64,000 nt of DNA from an uncultured Marinobacterium sp. (GCA_963666955.1 OY762942.1:297269-361268), one strand, 5' to 3'; positions 30,059 through 39,117 are shown, counted from the stretch's first letter. Notes: generated from the sequence alone by a model not told the origin. Made by a program: numbers and translations.

Positions 30059-31081
30059 TCAGTCCGACGCCGGGTCGACGCCAAGATGATAGCGCTGTTT
30101 GGCGCGGTACATCTGCCGATCCGCATCCCTCAGCAAGTCGCCTGCCGATGTCCCCTGTTCGGGGAACAGAGCACATCCCACACTGGCGCTGCTGTGCAGT
30201 CGCCGACCGTCGATGTCAAAAGGCGGCTGCAAGGCCGCGTTGATTCTTGCCATCAGTCGTTCGGCCCCGGCTTCCCCCGTCACCTCGGGCATCAGCACCA
30301 CAAATTCGTCGCCCCCCATACGCGCCAGCGTATCCGAGTCTCGCAGCAAGGCCTGCAGCCGGTCCGCCACCGCCTGCAGCAATCGATCCCCCACAGCATG
30401 GCCATGGGTATCGTTGACCTGCTTGAAACCGTTCAAGTCGATGAACAGCAGCGCCAGCGGCTGGCCGTTGCGTTGCGCCAGCGCCAGGGCCTGCTCCAGG
30501 CGTTCCATCAGCAAATGCCGGTTGGGCAACCGGGTCAGACTGTCGTGCAGCGCCAGAAAGCGCACGGCTTCTTCCGCCGCCTTGCGCTCACTGATATCGG
30601 TAATGACATTGAGCGTCGCCGGTGTACCACGCCAACTGATCAACACACCGCTGATTTCGATGGGATAGCTGCTGCCACTCCGTTTCAGAAACAGGCTTTC
30701 ATACCGATTGGGAGAGGGCTCGCCGGACAGGCGCCGCAGGTGGTTTTTCAGCATGGTGTCACGGGCGCTGGGGGCGATCAGTGGCAGAAACGACTCCAGC
30801 GCCATCAGTGCCGCCTTGTCGTAGCCCGTCATCTCACACATGCGCTCGTTGATGTATACCAGACGCCGGTTCTGCACGACCGCTATCCCTTCGTGGGCGG
30901 TCTCCAGCAAATAGCGAAAGGAGTCCTCGCTCTCCCGCAACTCCTGGCTCAATGTGGAAAAGCGACGTTCGATGCGACGGTAACGCCAGCCCTGCCAACA
31001 GGCCAGGCCTGACAACCCCAGCAGGGCCACTAGCAGTATCGGCTCAGACGCCAGCAGATAATCCATATCCTTCATCCTCAC
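30059..31081 (-). CDS. PAS-GGDEF diguanylate cyclase
   Basis: 340 aa with an N-terminal TM segment, a PAS domain, and a GGDEF domain with an intact motif (MGGDEFVVLM). Confidence 0.85.
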   Translation of the reverse strand: MRMKDMDYLLASEPILLVALLGLSGLACWQGWRYRRIERRFSTLSQELRESEDSFRYLLETAHEGIAVVQNRRLVYINERMCEMTGYDKAALMALESFLPLIAPSARDTMLKNHLRRLSGEPSPNRYESLFLKRSGSSYPIEISGVLISWRGTPATLNVITDISERKAAEEAVRFLALHDSLTRLPNRHLLMERLEQALALAQRNGQPLALLFIDLNGFKQVNDTHGHAVGDRLLQAVADRLQALLRDSDTLARMGGDEFVVLMPEVTGEAGAERLMARINAALQPPFDIDGRRLHSSASVGCALFPEQGTSAGDLLRDADRQMYRAKQRYHLGVDPASD

Positions 31082-31237
31082 ATTCCTCTAAATGCTCTCC
31101 ATCCACTGCCATTATGGATAAACCGGGTCCGGCAGCCTAGACCGGACTCTCCAGAGTAAACCTCATCGTTTACGCTGTCGTACAATGACATTGAATCCCC
31201 TATGCACCAACGATGACCAACACAGCGGAACCCGACC

Positions 31238-32056
31238 ATGTCCCATATCGAACTGACCCGGTTCATCCGTCGCCACCCTCGCCTGCTGGTGCTGACCGGC
31301 GCCGGCATCAGCACCGACTCCGGCATCCCCGACTACCGCGACCGGAACGGCGAATGGAAACGCAAGCAGCCGGTACAGCACCCGGACTTCATGCGCTGCG
31401 AACATACCCGCCAGCGCTACTGGGGCCGCAGCCTGGTGGGCTGGCCGGTAATGCGCGATGCCCGCCCCAACCAGGCCCACGCAGCCCTGGCGCAGCTGGA
31501 GCGGCTGGGCCATATCGACCTGCTGGTGACCCAGAACGTGGACGGCCTGCACCAGTGTGCCGGCAGCCAAAAGGTGATCGACCTGCACGGCCGCTCCGAC
31601 CGGGTGATCTGCATGAGCTGCAATTTCGGCTGCAGCCGGGATGAGGTCCACCAGCGCAGCGCCGAGCTGAATCCGGCCTTCAGCCGCTACACGGCTACAG
31701 CCGCCCCCGATGGCGATGCCGACCTGGAAGTGGATTTCAGCGGCTTCCGTATTCCGGACTGCCCTCAATGTGGCGGCATCCTCAAGCCGGACGTGGTGTT
31801 CTTCGGCGATAACGTGCCCAAACAGCGCGTGCTCGATGCGCTGGAGGCACTGCAGAACGCCGATGGCCTGCTGGTGATCGGCTCCTCGCTGATGGTCTAT
31901 TCCGGCTTTCGTTTCTGCCGGCGCGCCAGCGACTGGCACAAACCGATCGCCGCGCTGACCCTGGGCAAGACCCGCGCCGACGAGCTGCTCAGCCTCAAGC
32001 TGAATTCCGCCATCACCCCGGTGCTGAACGCCGCTGTCGCCGCACTGTCATCGTAA
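31238..32056 (+). CDS. SIR2-family NAD-dependent protein deacylase (zinc-ribbon type)
   Basis: 272 aa with GAGISTDSGIPDYR, the catalytic HG (LHGRS), and CxxC...CxxC (CMSC...CPQC). Confidence 0.85.
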   Translation: MSHIELTRFIRRHPRLLVLTGAGISTDSGIPDYRDRNGEWKRKQPVQHPDFMRCEHTRQRYWGRSLVGWPVMRDARPNQAHAALAQLERLGHIDLLVTQNVDGLHQCAGSQKVIDLHGRSDRVICMSCNFGCSRDEVHQRSAELNPAFSRYTATAAPDGDADLEVDFSGFRIPDCPQCGGILKPDVVFFGDNVPKQRVLDALEALQNADGLLVIGSSLMVYSGFRFCRRASDWHKPIAALTLGKTRADELLSLKLNSAITPVLNAAVAALSS

Positions 32057-32396
32057 ACTCGCCGGCCAGCAGGTGCGCGTGGTACTGACCGGTCACACCT
32101 TCAACGACGCCTGTGCCGACGCCCGTAAGTTCCAGCGCCAGCAGGGGGCCTGCTTCATCTCCCCCTTGTGGACGGTGCTTCCAGGCTGCGGATCGGGGAA
32201 CTCGACTTTGAGATCTGTTGTCAGACGCTGGACCGAGCGACCTCCGTTGAGGGTGCCGACACCTGCCAGGCACTGATCGACCTCTATCAGGAATAAGCAA
32301 TCGTCGCGGAGCTGTCCGGCTGCGCGAGCATCGCCGCACTGAAAAGGTTCAGGCAGCCGCTGCATCGCAGATCGGCTCCCTGGTGCAACATCGGCA

Positions 32397-32552
32397 TCAG
32401 CGCCCCTGCGGCAGGCAGATCTGGTCGCCATAGTAGTTGTTGCTGTAGTTGCAGTGCTGACACGCCTGCCCCTTGGGCGCAGCCGCCTGGGCGGTCTCCG
32501 GGCGGGCAGCGGATGCAGATGCTTCAACGATGTAACGTGCAATGTGAGCCAT
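32397..32552 (-). CDS. Small Cys/His-containing protein (51 aa), function unknown
   Basis: Not in the ORF track because it is under 60 aa. Hand translation gives MAHIARYIVEASASAARPETAQAAAPKGQACQHCNYSNNYYGDQICLPQGR*. GGAGGA sits 7 nt upstream of the ATG, and codons are G/C-ending. Confidence 0.4.
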   Translation of the reverse strand: MAHIARYIVEASASAARPETAQAAAPKGQACQHCNYSNNYYGDQICLPQGR

Positions 32553-32702
32553 GATGTTGTCCTCCGGTGTGTTATGGAGCCAGATTAACCAAGAGATGTT
32601 ATTTGTTGAAATTTATCTTTTAACTAAGACCGATTGATTTAAACAATCGATAGATTCGGCAAGGACTGCCAACGATCCTGACAGGAAAAGGAACCTCCAC
32701 CG

Positions 32703-33311
32703 ATGAATGCGCACACCCCATCATTTCATACCCGCCTGATGCGCCAGCTTGAACAGCAGGAAGGCCGCATCAACCATATGTATCGCGACACCCGAGGCTT
32801 TATCACCATCGGCGTTGGCCACCTGATGCCCTATCCGCATACCGCTGCCCGATTGGGGTTTGTGCACAAGGAAAGCGGACGCCCCGCCCGCGATGCCGAC
32901 ATCCGTGCCGAATTCCGCCAGCTGCTGACCCGCCCCTACGGGAAGCACCTGAACGCCAACAGCTTCAAGCCCCACACCCGACTGATTTTGCCCGACACCG
33001 AGATCGATGCCCTCACCCGCCGGCACATCAGCATCTTCACCGGGGAACTCGGCGACCTCTATGGCCAGGCCGAACTGGCCGCCATGCCGGAACGCGTACA
33101 ACTGGCCCTCTACGACATGATCTTCAACCTGGGCCTGCCCAAACTGAAGCGCGGCTTCCCTCGCTTCAATCAACATATCCACAACGGCAACTGGGCCGCC
33201 GCCGCCCATGAAAGCCACCGCAAAGGCATCAGCGAAGCACGTAATCGGCATGTATACAAATTGCTCAGTGGAAAAGTCCATCAACAGGATACTACACAGG
33301 CCGACACATAG
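32703..33311 (+). CDS. GH24 (T4-lysozyme-like) muramidase family protein, no signal peptide
   Basis: 202 aa. LEQQEGRINHMYRDTRGFITIGVGHL parallels the T4 lysozyme E-x8-D-x5-T catalytic segment. Confidence 0.7.
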   Translation: MNAHTPSFHTRLMRQLEQQEGRINHMYRDTRGFITIGVGHLMPYPHTAARLGFVHKESGRPARDADIRAEFRQLLTRPYGKHLNANSFKPHTRLILPDTEIDALTRRHISIFTGELGDLYGQAELAAMPERVQLALYDMIFNLGLPKLKRGFPRFNQHIHNGNWAAAAHESHRKGISEARNRHVYKLLSGKVHQQDTTQADT

Positions 33312-33637
33312 TTACGCACAGGCCAGATCCATGACCTTGATCTGCTTTATGACATGCGGGTTACGTTGTTCAGGTATTTGAGCAATGCCTGAACAGTTTT
33401 ACAAACCCCGTATTATAAGGGCTTGGCAGAGATGTGCGGACCTGTTGTCCTGAGCTTATCCACAGAACTACTCAGGGGTTCTGGGGGTAAGTTTGTATGG
33501 CATTTTTGAATGAACTTCCAAGCATGAGTCTACCCTGAAGTTTTATGCACAGCCATGACATGAAAATCAGCTGTGGACAATTAGCCCTGATTGAGTGACC
33601 TTAGTATCAATAACAATCATCAAGCCAAGAGCGACCA

Positions 33638-34102
33638 ATGACGGATATTGTTGATAAGGCGACTCGCTCAAGAATGATGTCATCCATCAGAGGAAAGGAC
33701 ACAAAGCCAGAGATGGCCGTCAGGCGATTGTTACATGCAGCTGGCTTTCGCTACCGCCTTCACCGCAAGGATCTGCCAGGCAAACCGGACCTGGTCCTGC
33801 CAAAATATAACTTGGTCATTTTTGTTCATGGCTGCTTCTGGCACCGGCATCCGGGATGCCATTACGCATATACGCCAGCATCAAACAGTGACAAGTGGAA
33901 GGCAAAGCTGGAAGGGAACAGGCAACGGGATCAAATCCAGCAGCAGCAACTGCTCGATATGGGGTGGCGTGTGCTGGTTATTTGGGAATGTGGACTAAAG
34001 CACCTGGAAGCAAATCTCGCGGAAATCACATCGATGATTTTGGGCCACGCTGAAATCTGCGAGTGGCCCAAAAAGCCGCCAAGAAAAAAGGCCCGAAGCT
34101 AA
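33638..34102 (+). CDS. vsr: Very-short-patch repair endonuclease
   Basis: 154 aa, Vsr-like (RSRMMSSIRGKDTKPEMAVRRLLHAAGFRYRLH...FVHGCFWHRH). Confidence 0.9.
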   Translation: MTDIVDKATRSRMMSSIRGKDTKPEMAVRRLLHAAGFRYRLHRKDLPGKPDLVLPKYNLVIFVHGCFWHRHPGCHYAYTPASNSDKWKAKLEGNRQRDQIQQQQLLDMGWRVLVIWECGLKHLEANLAEITSMILGHAEICEWPKKPPRKKARS

Positions 34103-34105
34103 AGG

Positions 34106-34318
34106 CTACAGATACATCATCGCTGGTTTACGCCTTCCAGCCTCCAGCCATTTATCAAGCGCCTCAATGATAAGGTTGAAGTGCTCACATATCTGATCAA
34201 CGCTCCAACCGTCCCACTCGTAAAAGGATCCTGTCTTCGGATCAACACAATCTTCATTAATCAGATACATATTTGCATCAACATAATCGTGCGCATCAGA
34301 GAAGGCACAAATTTTCAT
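34106..34318 (-). CDS. Hypothetical small protein
   Basis: 70-aa ORF with AGGAAG upstream of the ATG. AT-rich island codon usage. Confidence 0.4.
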   Translation of the reverse strand: MKICAFSDAHDYVDANMYLINEDCVDPKTGSFYEWDGWSVDQICEHFNLIIEALDKWLEAGRRKPAMMYL

Positions 34319-34580
34319 TGGGAGGCTTCCTATTCGGATGTCTTCCTCAATGAAGCAGGCAGCAACTTTTAGTCTGTGCCGAACAACCAGATCAGGTTAA
34401 TCAACAGGGTCATTGAGAATACCACTCAATTTTTCGATCTGCTTAAGGGCTTTTGGATCCTCAGTTACACTATCATATTTCATATTCAGCTTATTGAAAT
34501 TATTAACTTCCTTGTAAACCACCATCCTATAAACAACTATTTAAATATAGTTGAGTCATGGTTAAATTAAAACCGAATTA

Positions 34581-34766
34581 CTATTCCAACAGATCGTAAA
34601 CCACTTTCGCGATCTTATAAGCTAAGTAAGGTGGTATCGCATTTCCCACCTGAACATATTGTTGCGTTCTGTTGCCTTCAAAATGATCATCATCCGGAAA
34701 GGTCTGAAGTCTGGCGGCGTCCCTGACTGTAAGGCTCCTGCACTTTACAGTCGCGGATAAAGACAT
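34581..34766 (-). pseudogene. Fossil 3' end of a DNA (cytosine-5) methyltransferase gene (motifs IX-X only)
   Basis: Encodes [44 protein letters not shown]. By eye this is about three-quarters identical to the C-terminus of the intact dcm at 39118-40680. No upstream methyltransferase motifs are present. Confidence 0.75.
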
Positions 34767-34798
34767 AAAAAAGACCTACCTAATAAAATCGGCAGGCC
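34767..34798 (-). terminator. Rho-independent terminator of the four-gene operon
   Basis: On the minus strand, GGCCUGCC, a 10-nt loop and GGUAGGUC (two G-U pairs) are followed by a T6 run. It abuts the dcm fossil directly. Confidence 0.5.
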
Positions 34799-34839
34799 GA
34801 CGGTTCTAACACAGAAAGTAATTTAGGATAAACTACCTA

Positions 34840-35613
34840 TTATCTTTCACCCTTAGCCCATAAAGATGCAGTCTTGAGCAAAACATTGAGGTCGGGAAGG
34901 TCCAGCATTCCTATATCACGATATCCGTTAATCAATGTCAGGTACTGCATGATTCGATGAAGATATTTATCAGTTGCCTTCTCACCTAAAGATGCTGCAT
35001 GGTTTAGCACCGCTTTCGTTATAGTAGAAAATGCGCCGACCTCACGATCGAAAATCGCATTAAGTCGATCTTCTTTTTTGAACACTTCTTTCGTATATGC
35101 GTACGGATCATATTTTGCGATACCTGACTTATCTTTTCCCTCGTAAGTCAAATGCGCAACCCACCATAGACGGGCAATACCATGGCGTACAAGCCGCCCC
35201 CTTGTAACAGAATCGCTGTGCAGCAACCAACGTGTTCTTACACGATCCTTCCACTTTCCTCCCTGCTCGTAGATAGTTTCCAATGGCCAACGTTTCTCCA
35301 TATAATCCCGATAGGTTCCAAAAGCCAAATACACCCACAATCTAGCGTCAGCGGCATTTGCACGGTCCATCTCCCCTAGATATTCATGCACACGAGGGGC
35401 ATTATCGACATCCACGCCTTTTATACCGGCAATACTCAAACTATCAGGTACACCATGCTCTATCGGTAGCGGAAGGTGATTATTTGGGTTGGCAACAATA
35501 GCATCTGCATTACCCATAAACTCTTCAGGTGAGGAGGCCTCACTCAGCGCATTAAAAATCTGAATTAATGCCGATTCAGTCAGTGCTCTGGCCTCAGAAA
35601 TCCGTTTTTTCAT
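34840..35613 (-). CDS. Unknown protein, fourth gene of the GHKL operon
   Basis: ORF 34840-35616. ATG at 35613 preferred (TGATG overlap with the upstream stop, GAGGAGGAAG upstream). 257 aa, no motif recognised. Confidence 0.7.
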   Translation of the reverse strand: MKKRISEARALTESALIQIFNALSEASSPEEFMGNADAIVANPNNHLPLPIEHGVPDSLSIAGIKGVDVDNAPRVHEYLGEMDRANAADARLWVYLAFGTYRDYMEKRWPLETIYEQGGKWKDRVRTRWLLHSDSVTRGRLVRHGIARLWWVAHLTYEGKDKSGIAKYDPYAYTKEVFKKEDRLNAIFDREVGAFSTITKAVLNHAASLGEKATDKYLHRIMQYLTLINGYRDIGMLDLPDLNVLLKTASLWAKGER

Positions 35614-36467
35614 CAAGCTTCTTCCTCCTCAGACATAAGCCCTGCGCGAATAGCTGTATCAATTGGATTTTCAAGAATCTTCTGCGCAAGCTCAAGCAGA
35701 GACTGATTCCAGCCACCACGAGCTTTGACCAGCTTATTTATCTCCATGTACCAAGCTTTGTCATCAAGGGGCTCTTCTTCTTTCTCTTCGTTTGTTTTTA
35801 TGAAATCGAGCGTTTCTATAAGTGCAGGGAGTACTATCAGTGAAATCTGCAGATCGGGTCGATGACCGAACAAATGGAATTGGCCAAAGGTTTCCTCTGG
35901 AATCTGAACATCTACAGTATCGTTGCCATCAAAAGCTACTTTGATTCCCTTACGGTGCGGGCTGCACACAAACCTGAAACAGCTTCCAACCGGTGGATTC
36001 AGCGGGTCATACATTTTCTCAGCATCAAACAGGAAACTCCCCCCATCAGCAAGAACATCCCCCGGCTGAAGGTTAAAACACGCATCTCCGTAATCAGCAT
36101 GCTGATTCGTCCAGCGATGGTTCGGCAGCTCCTTCGCAACAATAATGCGCACATCTGCATCAACTCTGCCTTTAACCAACTGTTGATCCAGCCAAGCCCT
36201 TAGCTTGAACCCTGCAGGTGTTCTTTGATATTCCTCCGGCATCATCTCACCGGTTGATATGGTGGAAGAGCAGCGCCAACGCAAGCTATGGACTGCGTAG
36301 CCATTGTCTAATAGATGCTTGAGATCAGGGTCATCCGTCCTAATTTCATAGGATATTTCGATATCCTGCTGGCTAGTATCAACAAGCACATTTATAACAT
36401 TGAAGTCAGAAGATACGTCATCGGCTATATCAATAACCGGATGAGGATATGAGCCACGACTTGCCAT
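35613..36467 (-). CDS. Unknown protein, third gene of the GHKL operon
   Basis: 284 aa with an acidic C-terminal tail (MSEEEEA). Joined to the GHKL gene by a TAATG overlap. No motif recognised. Confidence 0.7.
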   Translation of the reverse strand: MASRGSYPHPVIDIADDVSSDFNVINVLVDTSQQDIEISYEIRTDDPDLKHLLDNGYAVHSLRWRCSSTISTGEMMPEEYQRTPAGFKLRAWLDQQLVKGRVDADVRIIVAKELPNHRWTNQHADYGDACFNLQPGDVLADGGSFLFDAEKMYDPLNPPVGSCFRFVCSPHRKGIKVAFDGNDTVDVQIPEETFGQFHLFGHRPDLQISLIVLPALIETLDFIKTNEEKEEEPLDDKAWYMEINKLVKARGGWNQSLLELAQKILENPIDTAIRAGLMSEEEEA

Positions 36468-38371
36468 TATGCTACCCCCAGACGGTAACGCTCACCGGCA
36501 GGCATATAGATATCAATACGTGTCATCTGGCCGCCCTCTAATGTCAAATTTTTCAGCGTGTTTCCCGAAAACTCAAGCTCAACAGACTTATCGGACTGAT
36601 GCAGAATTACGCTCGAAATAGGGAGTTCATAATCCTTTTCGGGATCTCCTGCGGGGCCTAAAGCCAAAAGTTTAAGGTCGCCGGTCTCGTTCCTTTCTGC
36701 CTTAATGGCTAATGCCGTTACTGAAGCAGTTTCATGACCGCTATGCATGCTCCAGCTTCGGAAGGACACATCTTGACCTCTAATACGAGATGCACCTTCG
36801 CCTTCACCCCCTTTTCCCGGAATACCCGTTTTATCACTACTGCGTTTTTTTGGTCCGCCCCTAGTTTTACCCTGTTCTGCTTCATCTTCACCATTATCCG
36901 TTGCTGGCGTACGGATTTTGACCGAAACTTTTTTCCCAAGTGAAGCTGGGGTGATTTCTTGCTTCGCAGCTCTACCTGTAACAGTACTGGATTCAGTTTC
37001 AGCACCTTCTTCAGTTGGTTCTGATGTAGGGATTACAGGCTCGCCTGACGTGTTAGAAAACACATTTTTGGTAGGTAAAAAGCGTGCAAGCCCTTCGATT
37101 TTAACTTCATCACCTGTTTCTGTAGTAATCCTCTCCTTGAGTGATTCACGCACAAAAGCCTTTAGGTCACGAATGACCTTCGCTCCATTCTGTAGATCTC
37201 TGGCAGCATCCCACTCATGATGCTGGGGTGGCTCCAGTTGTCGCAAATATTTATTGCCTTCCTTGCTGTCACAAACTAGCACCGCAGCGTACTTCGCTGA
37301 AATCGAGTTGTGTCTGAAGATGTCGATCTTCATCAAGGGTGCACGCATTGTTATGGTGTGCAGTTTTTGCTTAAGGCTGTCATCTATGTTGATGAACAAT
37401 TTTACCCTCCCAACATGCTTTATATCTTTCTCAGCTGGGTTAGGATCTTGAAGTGCCTGATAGAAAGCGTTGGCAACTGGACGAGCTTTGACAAACTCAG
37501 GCAAAGTCGCAGCATCAAGCATCCATTGATTTTCGGATGCGATACCTTCAACTATAAGACGCCCCTCTTTAATCGCAGCCATGAAGTTGTCTATCATCGC
37601 ATCACGAACCCGCTCTAACTTCGGGTCCTTCTCCGCCATTCTGTAGCCCAGAATGTATATATCGGTGCCGTGTTCAGTTCTTGCCGGGAAGGGGCCGATC
37701 TTCGGTGCTGGTCTCTGATATTCAAAATCGTTTTTACAATCCAACCATGTAAAATACCCCTCTGCGCGATACCTGGTGTCATTCAGGGTATGGGTTGCAA
37801 GCCTTGTATATCCAGCCATAACCGACTTATGCGTATCCTCGGGGAGCGAGGTATAAAGCACCGTGCACAAGTCTGAAGCCATAGGGCCAACGGCTGATCC
37901 AATCCCGAATGATCCGCCACGCTCGTCATCGCTTGATCCACCTTTACCACGGGTCAATCGACTGATTGGCGAACCTTTAGCAGCCAAGGCCTCGCTGCCT
38001 GTAAGCCCTGTAGTGTTGTAGTCCGAAATCCTGAGTACCGATACTGTCTCTTCCTTCGACAAAGCAGCAGCCTTGACCATTTTGGCATGGCCTTGTTGGC
38101 TCTCTGTCTGCTCCGCAGCGGCATTGAAGTGCTCTCGCAGGCCATCAATCCCAGGAATGTCGCTGGTGTTCATGACCGAAAGCTCAAAGACCATCCGGAT
38201 AGGACCATCAACCTTCTTGCCAGGATTATCCAGAGTGTTCTGGCCAGTCTCACGTACAACCGCATGGTCAGCATGAGAACCTTCGAAATATTGTTGCGCA
38301 GGATCGATAGGCCCCTCGTCACCAGACAAGCCCTGCTTTTCAAAATAAAACCCGTAGTTGTTGTCCGACAT
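36467..38371 (-). CDS. GHKL (Bergerat-fold) ATPase, MORC/paraMORC-like
   Basis: 634 aa. Motif I is ExxxNxxD (VVRETGQNTLDN), motif II is ISDYNTTGLTG, and the glycine lid is GGSFGIGSAV. A long acidic/Gly-rich linker and a C-terminal domain follow. Confidence 0.7.
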   Translation of the reverse strand: MSDNNYGFYFEKQGLSGDEGPIDPAQQYFEGSHADHAVVRETGQNTLDNPGKKVDGPIRMVFELSVMNTSDIPGIDGLREHFNAAAEQTESQQGHAKMVKAAALSKEETVSVLRISDYNTTGLTGSEALAAKGSPISRLTRGKGGSSDDERGGSFGIGSAVGPMASDLCTVLYTSLPEDTHKSVMAGYTRLATHTLNDTRYRAEGYFTWLDCKNDFEYQRPAPKIGPFPARTEHGTDIYILGYRMAEKDPKLERVRDAMIDNFMAAIKEGRLIVEGIASENQWMLDAATLPEFVKARPVANAFYQALQDPNPAEKDIKHVGRVKLFINIDDSLKQKLHTITMRAPLMKIDIFRHNSISAKYAAVLVCDSKEGNKYLRQLEPPQHHEWDAARDLQNGAKVIRDLKAFVRESLKERITTETGDEVKIEGLARFLPTKNVFSNTSGEPVIPTSEPTEEGAETESSTVTGRAAKQEITPASLGKKVSVKIRTPATDNGEDEAEQGKTRGGPKKRSSDKTGIPGKGGEGEGASRIRGQDVSFRSWSMHSGHETASVTALAIKAERNETGDLKLLALGPAGDPEKDYELPISSVILHQSDKSVELEFSGNTLKNLTLEGGQMTRIDIYMPAGERYRLGVA

Positions 38372-38595
38372 TAGAAACTCACCTTCCTTGTTGATGGAGA
38401 CTCAGTATCGAAAAGGGCTCGAACTTCCTTTAGTTCTTGCAGAATCGGTTCAAATAGCCGCTCAACTTCTTCCTCTGAGTAGGAATAGTTCTTTCGATTA
38501 GCCAAGTTTCCGAGTAGAGAAATTTCACGGATTAGCCGATTGCCTCTGGACTCGGCAAGCCTTCTGAATCGTTCATTTTTTGTTTCAGTGCTCAT
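38371..38595 (-). CDS. Small basic/helical protein, first gene of the GHKL operon (possible controller)
   Basis: 74 aa (MSTETKNERFRRLAESRGNRLIREISLLGNLANRKNYSYSEEEVERLF...). TAATG overlap with the GHKL gene. The start lies 18 nt from a palindrome array. Confidence 0.6.
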   Translation of the reverse strand: MSTETKNERFRRLAESRGNRLIREISLLGNLANRKNYSYSEEEVERLFEPILQELKEVRALFDTESPSTRKVSF

Positions 38596-38612
38596 ATCTG
38601 CGTCAGGAACTT

Positions 38613-38653
38613 CTATATATAGGATATATATCCAATATATTCTCTATATATAG
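38613..38653. promoter_or_regulatory. AT-rich palindrome array (candidate operator/promoter of the GHKL operon)
   Basis: CTATATATAG at 38613-38622 and again at 38644-38653 (31 bp apart), flanking GGATATATATCC at 38622-38633. All three are perfect palindromes. Confidence 0.5.
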
Positions 38654-39078
38654 GTTTCGCAACTCCCATTTCCACACGATAATTTGTTAAGGCTGATTCA
38701 GGGCCAGTCAGTGTCAGAGGGTATGAGATTACCCTAGACCATGTCCTGATGACGTTTCCAATGAACGCAGATGATCCAAACTATGCTCATCAAAAATGAG
38801 AACCCTGAAGTGGTAAACCGACTCGCTTTCGTTATTAATAGTGAGTTCAAAATCGGTAACTCACACTGTGAACTGGAAAAAACAGGAGCTGGAGCTAGGT
38901 GAGAAAATCTAGACAAGCAAATGATAGCAGAGCACTGGATGGGTTAGATGTTAACTGCTGTGCAAGTTGAGCGGGAATCCTATGGAGTGCTTTCAGGTTA
39001 GAAGCTGATGCTGATTGTTTGGCAATAGAGTTCAGACAGTCAAAACAACCGTCTTGGTCTCTGCGACTACGCATGACC

Positions 39079-39113
39079 AGCCCCCTTCCCTGTTACCAAG
39101 AAGAAAGGGGGCT
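39079..39113 (-). terminator. Hairpin immediately after dcm (possible terminator)
   Basis: AGCCCCCTT / AAGGGGGCT 9-bp stem with a 17-nt loop, 5 nt beyond the dcm stop. No clear U-run on the minus strand. Confidence 0.35.
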
Positions 39114-39117
39114 TGTA

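Noticed and set aside
32093-32542. 149-aa minus-strand track ORF.
   Set aside because: Its N-terminal part overlaps, in another frame, the better-supported 51-codon ORF that has a strong RBS. Its translation is Arg/Pro-rich with no motifs.
34376-34570. 64-aa plus-strand ORF (GTG start) between the 70-aa ORF and the dcm fossil. An alternative 42-codon minus-strand ORF lies at 34397-34525 (MVVYKEVNNFNKLNMKYDSVTEDPKALKQIEKLSGILNDPVD).
   Set aside because: The plus-strand ORF has an implausible Ile/Leu/Asn-rich translation that reflects AT-rich DNA. The minus-strand ORF is plausible but short, has a weak RBS, and I cannot assess its conservation, so neither is listed as a feature.
38734-38916. 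60-aa minus-strand ORF in the 522-bp spacer between dcm and the GHKL operon.
   Set aside because: It has no ribosome-binding site and a hydrophobic, low-complexity translation. I treat the spacer as non-coding (promoter/operator region), although an unannotated small gene or RNA cannot be excluded.
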